A stretch of 64,000 bases of DNA from positions 47,406 to 111,405 of IMG/VR virus record IMGVR_UViG_3300012352_000355. One strand, given 5' to 3'. This DNA comes from a virus. A program made the translations under genes and the position numbers. The notes below the pieces were generated by a model that had not been told where the DNA came from, did no database searches, and saw nothing but the letters and a program-made list of their open reading frames with translations. This document shows positions 46,568 to 55,889 of this stretch, piece by piece (positions within the stretch are counted from its first letter, which is position 1; each line of letters starts with the position of its first letter).

Positions 46568-46907
46568 CTGTTAAGTCATTAAATTCAGGCTTCTCTCTGA
46601 GGATGTAAGCAATAAACATAGCGTTACATTGTATGTGTCCTATGTGGTGAATCAAAGACTCTTTATCGTGAGACTCACCTGACAACAAACTGAATGTATG
46701 TCTAAGCATGCTTTCAACTACTTCGCTTACTGGCATTCCTTTCTTCCAATTATTTGGTGCATACTTTTTTGCTCCAAACTCTAAGACTTCCACCATTGGC
46801 TCTAGAGACTTAAAATCTACTAGAGACCAATGTGCTTTGCCTTTGTTAAAACGAAGTGCTTGTTTGCCTTCGTTATAATCTTCCATAGCGGGGAAATCAT
46901 CCGTCAT
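46548..46907 (-). CDS. dATP/dGTP diphosphohydrolase-type protein (DUF5664 family)
   Basis: RFNKGK..WSL, VLEFGAKKY..NNWKKG, RH and DKES.IHH.GH..CN motifs. Confidence 0.8.
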   Translation of the reverse strand: MTDDFPAMEDYNEGKQALRFNKGKAHWSLVDFKSLEPMVEVLEFGAKKYAPNNWKKGMPVSEVVESMLRHTFSLLSGESHDKESLIHHIGHIQCNAMFIAYILREKPEFNDLTDEGKVQ

Positions 46908-46909
46908 AA

Positions 46910-47182
46910 TTAACGCATTAAAGCTCCTGTAGTAGTTTTAGGAGTATGATCTAACTTAACTGTTAGGATAACTCTTCCAAACTTCATAGGAACAACTTCT
47001 GTGACTAATCCGAGAGTTCCATTACAATTAACTATAGAGCCTATAGAGATTGTAATTTCTCCTTTGTCTCCTTTTTCGTCTTTGTAAGTAACTGAATTTT
47101 CACCATAGTAGTGGCTAATTCCAGGAAAGCCCACGGCTTCCACTTTGTCTGTTTCTGTTCTTGGTTCTATAATGTATAACAT
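46910..47182 (-). CDS. Hypothetical protein
   Basis: 90-aa ORF tightly packed in the operon. Confidence 0.6.
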   Translation of the reverse strand: MLYIIEPRTETDKVEAVGFPGISHYYGENSVTYKDEKGDKGEITISIGSIVNCNGTLGLVTEVVPMKFGRVILTVKLDHTPKTTTGALMR

Positions 47183-47187
47183 AGTTC

Positions 47188-47625
47188 TTAGGTTAGTTCT
47201 GGTACTTCCACTCCCAGTATTTCTCTTGCAAAGGTAATAACATCTTGGATAAACTTATGAACTTCTTCCTTCTTTCCCTTAGAAAGTGAGAGAGGAGTTT
47301 TGATGAATTGACCTTGAAACATAATCTCTTCGTAGAAGTACTTGTCCTTAAGGAAAGTCACTACGTCTTCTTTGGTATATACTTCCCCTGTGAGAGACTC
47401 AAATCCTCCTCGGATGATAGGTACTAGGGTACTATAAAAATAAGCCAACTGAGGGTTTGTTTTCTTTGAGTCAATTCGTGTGATACAAATCTCTACATCT
47501 ACTTTTGGATCTTGTTTCATAAGTTCTCTAAAATAAGTCTGCATTAGTTCTCTGTCTCCCTTAAGATGGACAGTGCCATCTATGTTGAGAGACAGAGATG
47601 CAGGAATGTAAACTCTATTTATCAT
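47188..47625 (-). CDS. NinB/Orf-like recombination protein
   Basis: KTNPQLAYFY...LKDKY...SLSKGKKEEVHKFIQDV...LGVEVP pattern. Confidence 0.55.
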   Translation of the reverse strand: MINRVYIPASLSLNIDGTVHLKGDRELMQTYFRELMKQDPKVDVEICITRIDSKKTNPQLAYFYSTLVPIIRGGFESLTGEVYTKEDVVTFLKDKYFYEEIMFQGQFIKTPLSLSKGKKEEVHKFIQDVITFAREILGVEVPELT

Positions 47626-47875
47626 TTGTTCTTTTTTCTATTTCTTCTAATAATAAGAATGCCAACTCTTCGTCTTCGTCAATCTGATTAGAGACATTTC
47701 TTTTCTCTAGATAACCATCTAAAAGCTTTATAAAGTAAGCGTTCTTTGCTTTTGCTTCGTTGATTGCTTTCTTTAAATCAGGATTGACGAACTCACGAAT
47801 GAATTGGTATTGTGTGTTTACAGCTCTAGCTAGGAGATATGTTCTCCTAACTTCTTTAATCTCTTCTTCTTTCAT
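47615..47875 (-). CDS. Hypothetical protein
   Basis: ATG at 47875 overlaps the polymerase stop (TGATG); 86 aa. Confidence 0.6.
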   Translation of the reverse strand: MKEEEIKEVRRTYLLARAVNTQYQFIREFVNPDLKKAINEAKAKNAYFIKLLDGYLEKRNVSNQIDEDEELAFLLLEEIEKRTNDK

Positions 47876-49845
47876 CACTTCTTCCAATACGGAGCGATAC
47901 AGGGATCTGCTTTTAGTTTTACTCGTTTGCAAAACTTAGCACCTGAATCTACCATTGATTTTTCTAATTGTTTTGCTGTTTCTTCTGCTATTTCTAGAGG
48001 AGTTTCTACCAATATTTCGTCATGTATTATATTGACTATCAATACTTTGAACAATAAATTATTAGGTATTAAATACTTATTCCAGAAATACACACAAGCT
48101 AATTTAGTAATTTCCGCAGACTCACCTTGGATAGGATAATTTAATGACATCCTTTCAATGTCACCTCTTTTTCTAAAGAACCTACTGACCTTCTCCTTCA
48201 TTTGCCTAGCAGTAGGAGTGTCAGCATTCTTTATAGATTTGTATCTATCCCAGAAGTCTTTTGTTAATTCACTTTTAATCTGTGCAAACTCTTCGTAATA
48301 ATCTACGTAAGATCTTTTACCTGTTACGGGAGAGATTAACACATAACCATTCTCTATTCCGAACTTCTTAGTTTCATCAAAGTAGGCTTTAAGTCCAGGG
48401 AAAGCTGCAAAGTATGCATCATAGATCTTTTGACCTTGTTCTACATTTAATCCTAGTTGGTCTGCTATACCAATACCACTACCACCGTAGTTAATAGCAA
48501 AGCCAGCAACCTTAGCTGATTGTCGCTTATCCTTGTGCTTTTTCTTGATGTCATCTAAGTCCATACCATCTAACTCAGGATACATCTTACTCGCTATGAA
48601 TGAGTGCATATCACCTAAGTCATTATCGTAGAACTCAAGTAGATTTTTATCCAAGCATTTGTTTACTAGTACAATCTGTTCTTGTCCTGTATAGTCACAA
48701 CCTACTAGAGTATTTCCTTCTGCTGCTACAAAGCAACTACGAGTTCCTTGATCTGATGGAATGTTTTGAAAGTTAAAGTTCTTTATGGTACCTGATTTAC
48801 CACCACTAGATAAGCGTCCTGTGTTCATCAACTGCTTAAACTGTGTGTGGATTCTTCCGCTTACTGGATTGATTTGTTCTATCCAGTTGTAACCATAAGT
48901 TCCTATGTCTTTCTGTGCTTCTTTAAATGAGAGATAGGTTTTAATAATTGGATGCTTGTCTACAAACTTAATTAAGTGGTTTGCTTCTATAGTTTGTTTC
49001 TTGACTCCTTTCTCAACTACGGTTGTATTTACACCTATAGCCTCAAAGAATTCTACAACCTGTGAGGGTGAGTTCCAATTCACGTTAATCTTGTTACCCG
49101 TAGAGAACATGTCTAACTGAGTGTCTATAAATTTAGACATTCTGTTCTCTAGGATAAACTTGTTAAGTAATTCTACTGCCTCATCAGCCTGTACTTGTAC
49201 TTTTTCAATCTTCTTGGTCCATTGTTCTACGTCTAGCTTCATCCCACAGTATTCGATATATGCTAGCACTAGAACAAAGCGATTGTCCAATTCAATGGAC
49301 ACATCTGTACCTTCTGTAAATTGATTAAAGTTTTGCTTACTCTTGATCTCGTGGAGATATTTTACGTCATAGGCAGAATACTTAACAAACCCTTCGGTTA
49401 GTCTACCTGTAATGTTTGCTCGTTCTTCTTTGCTAAGTGTTATTCCGCAATGGCGATCTACACAAGCAGCTAAAGAACATCTATGACTTTCTATACCCAA
49501 ACGGGATGTTTTCTCACCTAAAAATGTATCGTATACCTTAGTGGGTACAATTCTCTGATGGTACAAGAATCGTAAGTCAAACTTAAAGTTATGACCTATC
49601 AGTTCCTTAGTTTCTAATAAATTCTTATACTCTTGGATGTCTATTGTAGATAGATCTACAACATACTGTACGTCTCTATCTCCTAACTGCAAGGTATAAA
49701 ACTTGCAAGTATATGGATCAAAACCACTAGTCTCTGTGTCGACACCAATAGAGTCTAACTTATTTAAGTAATCTAGAGAATCTTGTACGGAACAGAGGGT
49801 TACATCAGGTAGGGAGATATCTTGTTTTGTTACTAGATAAATCAT
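47875..49845 (-). CDS. polA: Family A DNA polymerase with 3'-5' exonuclease
   Basis: Exonuclease motifs DTETSG, GHNFKFD and YSAYD; TGRLSS, QNIP, motif A DYTGQE, motif B RQSAKVAGFAINYG, NYPIQG and motif C IHDE. Confidence 0.95.
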   Translation of the reverse strand: MIYLVTKQDISLPDVTLCSVQDSLDYLNKLDSIGVDTETSGFDPYTCKFYTLQLGDRDVQYVVDLSTIDIQEYKNLLETKELIGHNFKFDLRFLYHQRIVPTKVYDTFLGEKTSRLGIESHRCSLAACVDRHCGITLSKEERANITGRLTEGFVKYSAYDVKYLHEIKSKQNFNQFTEGTDVSIELDNRFVLVLAYIEYCGMKLDVEQWTKKIEKVQVQADEAVELLNKFILENRMSKFIDTQLDMFSTGNKINVNWNSPSQVVEFFEAIGVNTTVVEKGVKKQTIEANHLIKFVDKHPIIKTYLSFKEAQKDIGTYGYNWIEQINPVSGRIHTQFKQLMNTGRLSSGGKSGTIKNFNFQNIPSDQGTRSCFVAAEGNTLVGCDYTGQEQIVLVNKCLDKNLLEFYDNDLGDMHSFIASKMYPELDGMDLDDIKKKHKDKRQSAKVAGFAINYGGSGIGIADQLGLNVEQGQKIYDAYFAAFPGLKAYFDETKKFGIENGYVLISPVTGKRSYVDYYEEFAQIKSELTKDFWDRYKSIKNADTPTARQMKEKVSRFFRKRGDIERMSLNYPIQGESAEITKLACVYFWNKYLIPNNLLFKVLIVNIIHDEILVETPLEIAEETAKQLEKSMVDSGAKFCKRVKLKADPCIAPYWKK

Positions 49846-50486
49846 TTTAATAATGGTCCTACTATTTTGTTATAATCGTGTAATGCTTCACGGAGCTTCT
49901 GATACTTCTCTTCTTGTGTGTAGTTGCCTTGTTCAATATCTGTAAGACAGGTTCTGTACACATCGTAGATAAGTTTTCTATCATGGTTGCTTAGCTTAAG
50001 AACCTTGTTAGAGAGCTGCAACATATCTTCCGTAGTGTCTTCTCCCCATATCCTATTTAAAGACTTACCTAAGTTCCACACGTGGTGAGGAGTATATAAG
50101 TTACATTTAGGACAAGCAGGTAAAAGATTAGTCAAGTGGTATCGTGTAGATACTTTGGTTCTTCCTACGAAGTGTGCACATTGAAGTCCTTTGGGGTCAA
50201 GTGTAATCTCACAAGCATGACATTTGTTAATGTGTGCTCCTCTTACTAGCCAGGAAGTTATTTGGTCTAACCTACTTTGAGTGATGGTTTCCTGCTTGAT
50301 CTTTCTCTTGATCTCCTTGCGGACTTTTTGCTTAGCCTTTTTATCTTTTACTACACATGTAGCACACAATCTTTTAGTCTTGTTTGCTATTGCTTTAATC
50401 TTACCACACTCAGAACAAGGTTTCTGCAAATCTCTTTCTTCTGGTAGTCCCTTTACGGGTATTTTCTTAGGTGTTCTCTTTAACAT
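49842..50486 (-). CDS. NinG/Rap-like HNH nuclease with zinc motifs
   Basis: CHAC...QCAHFVGR...TRYHLTNL..ACPKCN, plus N-terminal CSEC/CATC. Confidence 0.75.
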   Translation of the reverse strand: MLKRTPKKIPVKGLPEERDLQKPCSECGKIKAIANKTKRLCATCVVKDKKAKQKVRKEIKRKIKQETITQSRLDQITSWLVRGAHINKCHACEITLDPKGLQCAHFVGRTKVSTRYHLTNLLPACPKCNLYTPHHVWNLGKSLNRIWGEDTTEDMLQLSNKVLKLSNHDRKLIYDVYRTCLTDIEQGNYTQEEKYQKLREALHDYNKIVGPLLK

Positions 50487-50492
50487 ATTCTA

Positions 50493-50500
50493 CAAATATA
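50493..50500 (-). promoter_or_regulatory. -7 promoter element close to the NinG-like start codon
   Basis: Reverse strand reads TATATTTG-TAGAAT-ATG, directly after a terminator. Confidence 0.55.
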
Positions 50501-50513
50501 ACTGAGAACACAC

Positions 50514-50541
50514 AAAAAGAAAAGGGGATCTAGTGACCCCC
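50514..50541 (-). terminator. Intrinsic terminator
   Basis: Minus strand GGGGGTC-ACTA-GATCCCC-TTTTCTTTTT. Confidence 0.75.
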
Positions 50542-50565
50542 TAATCTTTTGGCATGCAACAGGTA

Positions 50566-51414
50566 TTACAAAGATAACTCAGGTGTGTACAAAGGTGTAT
50601 AGGTTTCAGAAATTAATTCTAAACCTTTGTTGTTAATGCCGTAAGCACTACCATGAATCAAAGACTCACGCTTAGCTTCTACACTCTTGTGTGCCATCAT
50701 GTAGTTAGTAAAGCGAGTAGTTGCATTAAACAAAGCATAAGCAGTATTACCATGTGTCTCATACTCGGTAGTGATAGCTCGTTTAAAGTCATTTACTCTG
50801 TTCTTACCTCTAGAGTTAGCTACATCTCCACCGATAATGTTTAAGATAAATTCATCTGAAACAGTTTCAGGAACATTAATCTTACTCAACTCTACTAGTT
50901 TCTCGATGAATTGCTCTTCTTGAGTCAAAGAACTTTGAAGTTGAGAGATAATGATAGCCAATCGTCCGTGTGAATTCTTAGTGTGTCTTACACGTTGAGA
51001 GTCTCTTAGTGCCATATAAAAAGTATTAGAACATACAACAGTTACGTTAGTGGCACCAAAGCCTATAGGAGAACTTCCGTCATGAGAAGTCAAAGCAGTT
51101 AAGTATCTTTTGTTGTAAGATCCTCCGATTTTTACATCTTGTAGGGGAAACTGGTAGTAGACTTTCTGTCCTTCTCCAAGCATACCACCTCTTTCACCTG
51201 ATATATTTACTCGAGCTGCTGCTTCAAGTAACATATCTAGGATTTCTTCATTCTGTGTAGGAACATACTTGGCTCCTACAATACCTAAACATCTGTTGTT
51301 ATCTGTTCTAAAGACTCCAAATGCTGGTGTGGGTTCTCCATCAGGACCAAACAAGGCTTTCTTTTCTACTACCCAATTTGTTCTTGATGAGTTTAATAAA
51401 TCTAGTTTATTCAT
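50566..51414 (-). CDS. DUF932-family protein
   Basis: NWVVEK...RTD...LGIVG..Y.PTQN, SHDGS, VVCSNT, HT.N and TAYALFNA.T motifs. Confidence 0.85.
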   Translation of the reverse strand: MNKLDLLNSSRTNWVVEKKALFGPDGEPTPAFGVFRTDNNRCLGIVGAKYVPTQNEEILDMLLEAAARVNISGERGGMLGEGQKVYYQFPLQDVKIGGSYNKRYLTALTSHDGSSPIGFGATNVTVVCSNTFYMALRDSQRVRHTKNSHGRLAIIISQLQSSLTQEEQFIEKLVELSKINVPETVSDEFILNIIGGDVANSRGKNRVNDFKRAITTEYETHGNTAYALFNATTRFTNYMMAHKSVEAKRESLIHGSAYGINNKGLELISETYTPLYTPELSL

Positions 51415-51608
51415 AGTGCTGGTCGTTTAAATGTTTCGATAAATTTTGTTAGTTCTTGTAGTTCTTTGGTTCTTCCTTGGACTTCACAGTAATCGTACTC
51501 ACTGCTCTGTTCCATTTCTCTTATTTCTTTGACTCTACTAGTGATAAATTCTACTAGTTGTCCTTTTAGTTCTAAGTGCCCTAAAGCCTCATAATCTTGC
51601 CAATTCAT
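51411..51608 (-). CDS. Hypothetical protein
   Basis: 65 aa; ATGA overlap with the DUF932 gene. Confidence 0.6.
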   Translation of the reverse strand: MNWQDYEALGHLELKGQLVEFITSRVKEIREMEQSSEYDYCEVQGRTKELQELTKFIETFKRPAL

Positions 51609-51614
51609 TTGTTT

Positions 51615-52316
51615 TTATTTTAAGTTTTCTAGCCATACAATATCATCTGGATTGCTGGCCATAAGGATTTGGTTAATTCTTGTAAAGTGATCGCACTCCC
51701 ATTCTCCTCCTTTGTATAGTGCGGAGGCAGGGTGAGATGCTGTTAATACGTGGTGAAATTTGTCATCAACTAAGTGAGCAAACTTTAAAGCGTCTTTACC
51801 CCAGAAACAAAAGATTAAACCTGTAGTACTACTACTTAAGGTTTTAAGTACTTCTTCGGTAAATTGTTTCCAAGGCTCCAAGTGAGAACCTGACTTACCT
51901 TCTTCAATAGTCAAAGCTGCATTTAGCATAAGAACTCCTTGCTTAGCCCATGATTCTATGTTCATATCTATGGGGAAGGATAGTTCGTCTGGATAAATGT
52001 CTTGCTTAATTCTATTATACATAATCCTAAGAGAAGGAGGTATGTAATCTCGGTTTCTAGGTGCGAAAGAAAGTCCACATGCTACTGGTTCACCCTTATG
52101 TTTGTTTGGATAAGGGTCCATACCTAGTATAACTACACGGACTTTCTGAAATGGAGTTAAATTAAAAGCCCTGAAGACTTCATCTCTTTTAGGAAAGATC
52201 TGTTTACTTGCTCTTTCCTTTGCGATGAAACCCCCAAGGCTTCTAAAATACGGACTCTCTATTGTTTCTCTTAAATGTTGATACCAATCGTCTGGTATAT
52301 CAATTAGTTTTTTCAT
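51615..52316 (-). CDS. ung: Uracil-DNA glycosylase (family 1)
   Basis: VVILGMDPY, GLSF, PPSL, WAKQGVLMLN, WG and SHP motifs. Confidence 0.92.
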   Translation of the reverse strand: MKKLIDIPDDWYQHLRETIESPYFRSLGGFIAKERASKQIFPKRDEVFRAFNLTPFQKVRVVILGMDPYPNKHKGEPVACGLSFAPRNRDYIPPSLRIMYNRIKQDIYPDELSFPIDMNIESWAKQGVLMLNAALTIEEGKSGSHLEPWKQFTEEVLKTLSSSTTGLIFCFWGKDALKFAHLVDDKFHHVLTASHPASALYKGGEWECDHFTRINQILMASNPDDIVWLENLK

Positions 52317-52947
52317 TATTAATCTGCTCTAAAAACACTCCATTAACTAAGGTTCTTGACTTCTTACCCCAACCTGTTCTGTTTTCTACTAGAATGATGT
52401 TAGGATTTAAAGTAGTGTTAAGGAGTCCTGGGTATTCTTTCTCAATCTCGTTAAGAACTTTTACATACTGAGCCTTATAAGAGCTGATAGTGTCGTAAAA
52501 GTCTTTGTGTTTCTTGATAGAATGAATGATACTTGAGTGATCTTTAGATAAGAGGAATCCTATCTTAGACAATGTGTAATAGAACTGAAGTCTAAACACA
52601 GCTGCAAACTGAAATCTTGCGTCTACTAATTCTCTTCCTCTACGTAGTCGTACAAAGTCTTCTATATCCACTTTGTGTACTCTACATATAATAGACATAA
52701 TAGATTGCTCTAACTCGTTAAACCTTTTAACGTTTACTTTGGTTTCTTGCGATCTTTGAAATGTAGCCAATCTCTTTGCTGCTGCTTCCTCTGGAGTTAC
52801 AATCGTTACATTCTTTACGTAATACTTAGAATATTTACTCTTGTTTCTCGTTCTGTTCCAAACACCTTCTTGTACTAAGGATTCCACTTTTAAGTCCTTA
52901 AACGCTAACGCTAAGGCTTCTTTTACAATATCGTGAACTGTTGGCAT
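52300..52947 (-). CDS. Protein with a DnaA C-terminal (domain IV)-like HTH
   Basis: RGRELVDARFQ...TLSKIG..LSKDHSSIIHSIKK matches the DnaA_C signature. Confidence 0.75.
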   Translation of the reverse strand: MPTVHDIVKEALALAFKDLKVESLVQEGVWNRTRNKSKYSKYYVKNVTIVTPEEAAAKRLATFQRSQETKVNVKRFNELEQSIMSIICRVHKVDIEDFVRLRRGRELVDARFQFAAVFRLQFYYTLSKIGFLLSKDHSSIIHSIKKHKDFYDTISSYKAQYVKVLNEIEKEYPGLLNTTLNPNIILVENRTGWGKKSRTLVNGVFLEQINNEKTN

Positions 52948-53912
52948 ATTTCTATTAATTTTTCTTTTCCGTGTACTTTATAAATGTCGCTTATGTCTTT
53001 ACCTAAGCTTGCATGATGATACAATACTGGTATATCGTACATCTCTGATATCTTTTGTGCTCCTTCTATTCCTGCTCTATCTGCATCAAACCAAACATAT
53101 ATGGAATCAAACCTAGCCCTAAGAAGCTCATAAGCATTCTCTGAGATAGGAGTTGTTTCACTTCTAACAGCTACTGCATTAACTCCAATAGAATGTAGGG
53201 TCATTACGTCTTTAGTTCCTTTGGTAATAATCAAGATACTTCCCTTATGTGGTAGCTGCGTGTAACCCTCAAGCATACCTCCAAAGAAGTTAGTTCTAAA
53301 TTTTACTCTCTTATCTGCATAGGGACGATATAGTTTAAACTTATCTTTCTCTTTATACCGATAACAAGGATCAAAGTCGTTATTAATGTACCATATATTC
53401 TCTGCTATCCAAGCCTTCTCTACTCTTCGTACATCATAGAATTTAAGAATCTTCTCTGTTACTCCGAACTGAGACCAGTATTCTAAATCTTTCTGATTAA
53501 ACTTAGTTAGTTTTACTTTAATGGATGCAGGTTTTACTTCTGCTGGTTTAACTGTTTTAAGACTATCTATTTCTATTTTAAGTCCAAGCCTGTCTTCTAG
53601 GCTAAAGTTCTTAAGCTGGAAATCTGACTCAATTTTATAGAGGATATCAGGATACTCATACCCTGTTCTCATTTGAGCTATGTCTATGCAGTTATAGTGG
53701 ATTTTTTCTGTAGCGTAGTCAATAAAGTAAAGGTTACCTCCTTGACTCCACTTAAAGAAACAGGTAGCATGCTTATCAGATCTGAAAGGATTCTTGTATT
53801 TCTTTCTCAAGTCTATCTTTTCTCCGAAGTAAAAAGACATCAAGGTCTCTTGTCCTACAAGCTTATACAGTGTCTGTACGTTAGGTCTGATTTCAATACT
53901 TGTTAAATCCAT
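52923..53912 (-). CDS. DNA primase (TOPRIM)
   Basis: NPFRSDKHATC, IITKGTKDVM and FDADRAG...KDISD motifs, as in crAss-like primases. Confidence 0.85.
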   Translation of the reverse strand: MDLTSIEIRPNVQTLYKLVGQETLMSFYFGEKIDLRKKYKNPFRSDKHATCFFKWSQGGNLYFIDYATEKIHYNCIDIAQMRTGYEYPDILYKIESDFQLKNFSLEDRLGLKIEIDSLKTVKPAEVKPASIKVKLTKFNQKDLEYWSQFGVTEKILKFYDVRRVEKAWIAENIWYINNDFDPCYRYKEKDKFKLYRPYADKRVKFRTNFFGGMLEGYTQLPHKGSILIITKGTKDVMTLHSIGVNAVAVRSETTPISENAYELLRARFDSIYVWFDADRAGIEGAQKISEMYDIPVLYHHASLGKDISDIYKVHGKEKLIEICQQFTIL

Positions 53913-53932
53913 AAATAGGTTAGTCAGTTAAT

Positions 53933-53965
53933 AAAAAAGGGGCTACAAATGTAACCCCCTTTTTT
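53933..53965 (-). terminator. Intrinsic terminator containing a -7 promoter element
   Basis: Minus strand GGGGTTACA-TT-TGTAGCCCC-TTTTTT; TACATTTG at 53946-53 lies inside the stem. Confidence 0.75.
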
Positions 53966-53993
53966 AAAAATAGAATAGAATAATTTAAAAGAA

Positions 53994-54836
53994 TTAGAAT
54001 ATGCTGTCTACGTCTTCGCTAATAGGTGCAGTTGCTACATCACTACTATCCCAACTCATAGCAGGTTCATTAGAGAAGGGACTCTCTACTTCGTTGCTTT
54101 CAGGAGCATCGTTTTCAGTGTATTCTTTGAAGGTAAAGCTTCCGTAGAAACTCTTAAAGCCATACTCACCAGTGATTTGCTTAGATACATATTCAGTAAT
54201 TTTACCGCCTACGTTAACAAATACTTTAGTGCATACATCTTGGTACTTACCATCCTTAATACCCAACAATACTTTGATACCCATGTTAGCTTTGTTAAAG
54301 TGAGCAAAGAAGTCTACCAACTCGTTACCCTTACCTTTAGCAATAGAAGTCCAAGAGTCAAGTACAAATGGCTTCTCTTTAGGAGAGATGTTACCATAAG
54401 CCTTAAGCAAAGAGTAAACTGACTCTTCACCACCTTTAGCTTCACGTGCACTTCTCAAGTCCATTCTGCGAGAAGGATCCAAAGCAGATTGTGCATCGCT
54501 TAAGTCAGCTAAGTTAAGAGCCCAAGAGGTTCTTGTATAGTTGTCAATGAATTGTTTCTTACCTGCTTGTGAGGTACGAGTATCATTGTTAACCCACAAA
54601 GAGAACTTACCACGCAAATCTGTTTTGAAGTCTGGATGGTTTACATACCAGAAATCTAGGCGCATTCCGTTATCTCCTTCGTAGTTAGGTTCTTTAACTT
54701 TATCTTCTTCAATTCCCAAAAGGGCAGCAAGTGCTTTACTAGTTGGGTTTACAGCAACGATTTGGATAGGTGCAAATCCTGTGTACATTTTCTTGCCTGA
54801 TGAAGGCTCTCTGGTTTCTAATTCTTCGAATTTCAT
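53994..54836 (-). CDS. Probable single-stranded DNA-binding protein
   Basis: YTG...IVAVNPT N-terminus; acidic tail ending DVDSIF; follows the AAA ATPase gene. Confidence 0.6.
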   Translation of the reverse strand: MKFEELETREPSSGKKMYTGFAPIQIVAVNPTSKALAALLGIEEDKVKEPNYEGDNGMRLDFWYVNHPDFKTDLRGKFSLWVNNDTRTSQAGKKQFIDNYTRTSWALNLADLSDAQSALDPSRRMDLRSAREAKGGEESVYSLLKAYGNISPKEKPFVLDSWTSIAKGKGNELVDFFAHFNKANMGIKVLLGIKDGKYQDVCTKVFVNVGGKITEYVSKQITGEYGFKSFYGSFTFKEYTENDAPESNEVESPFSNEPAMSWDSSDVATAPISEDVDSIF

Positions 54837-54856
54837 AATTTTTTGTCTTTAATTTT

Positions 54857-55552
54857 TTATTTGGTTTTTGTTGGTACTTCTTCTGCGTAATAAGTGTCAA
54901 TAGATTGACATACAAGGTTTAGGTCATTTGGAATCAATGTGTCAGCAAACATATCCATAGGGCTCTTCGCAGGATAGTTCTTGAAACGGTTGGTTACAAA
55001 ATGATAGGTTGCTTTCTCGTCTTTATCTTCACCTACGTGAGTATAAAGAGCGATAGTAAACAATCCCTCTAATACAATTTGGTTGTCCAATGCTTTACCG
55101 ATAGTCTTAATTTTCTGACCTACGATATGTCCATCATCCTCGATTGCTTCTGAGTGAGTGATGTAGAATACTTTAAGGTCATTACGAAGTTTACGAGCTG
55201 TAGTAAGCATGTTGGTTACATCCTTAGCTAAGTTTACAAATTTACCGAAACCTACTTCGTTGGCTTTCTTCATCATAAGGAAAGACATAGAGTAGATAGC
55301 ATCATCCATAATTACATTCTTGATGTGTGGTGCTTTCTCGCTGATTTGTTGTAACAAAGCTGTGATTTGAGCGATCTCATCTACTTCCATGTAGTTCTTT
55401 GACTCAGTGTTGTAGAGTTTCTCTGCTCCTTTGAAAGGCAATTCTTTCCGTGCTACGTTAATAATAAAGGTTTCTTTGGGATCGAGGGTTCTGATAGAGG
55501 TAGATTTACCTGTACCTGAAGGTCCTACAATTGCGATTAGTTTGCTTGACAT
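54857..55552 (-). CDS. AAA-family ATPase (Sak4/AAA_24-like)
   Basis: Walker A GPSGTGKS, VIMDD, KTIGK and AKSP motifs. Confidence 0.85.
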   Translation of the reverse strand: MSSKLIAIVGPSGTGKSTSIRTLDPKETFIINVARKELPFKGAEKLYNTESKNYMEVDEIAQITALLQQISEKAPHIKNVIMDDAIYSMSFLMMKKANEVGFGKFVNLAKDVTNMLTTARKLRNDLKVFYITHSEAIEDDGHIVGQKIKTIGKALDNQIVLEGLFTIALYTHVGEDKDEKATYHFVTNRFKNYPAKSPMDMFADTLIPNDLNLVCQSIDTYYAEEVPTKTK

Positions 55553-55556
55553 ATAT

Positions 55557-55886
55557 TTATTTTAATTTGGTTTCTTCAATTTCGTCTATTTGGTCTATGA
55601 TATCGTCTTCTGTGTTCCAGCCAAAGTTGCCTACAAAGTGCACAGCAGCAGTGAAACAGTTTTCAATACTTCTTTCAGGGTCAGTTAATAACTCTTCTCT
55701 CATATCTTCATTGTTGTAAAGTTCTGAGGAAAGCCACATCAAGAAGTTGTCTTCTTGTTCTATGGTCCATGTGTGTTTCTCATACCATCCATCTTCTTTG
55801 AAGTCGATAGTAGTATAGTCTACGTCAATAACGTCACACATGTGCTTGATTATTCTAATTAAATACGGGTTCTGTTGTTCATCCAT
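55557..55886 (-). CDS. Hypothetical acidic protein
   Basis: 109-aa ORF in the operon. Confidence 0.65.
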   Translation of the reverse strand: MDEQQNPYLIRIIKHMCDVIDVDYTTIDFKEDGWYEKHTWTIEQEDNFLMWLSSELYNNEDMREELLTDPERSIENCFTAAVHFVGNFGWNTEDDIIDQIDEIEETKLK

Positions 55887-55889
55887 TCT

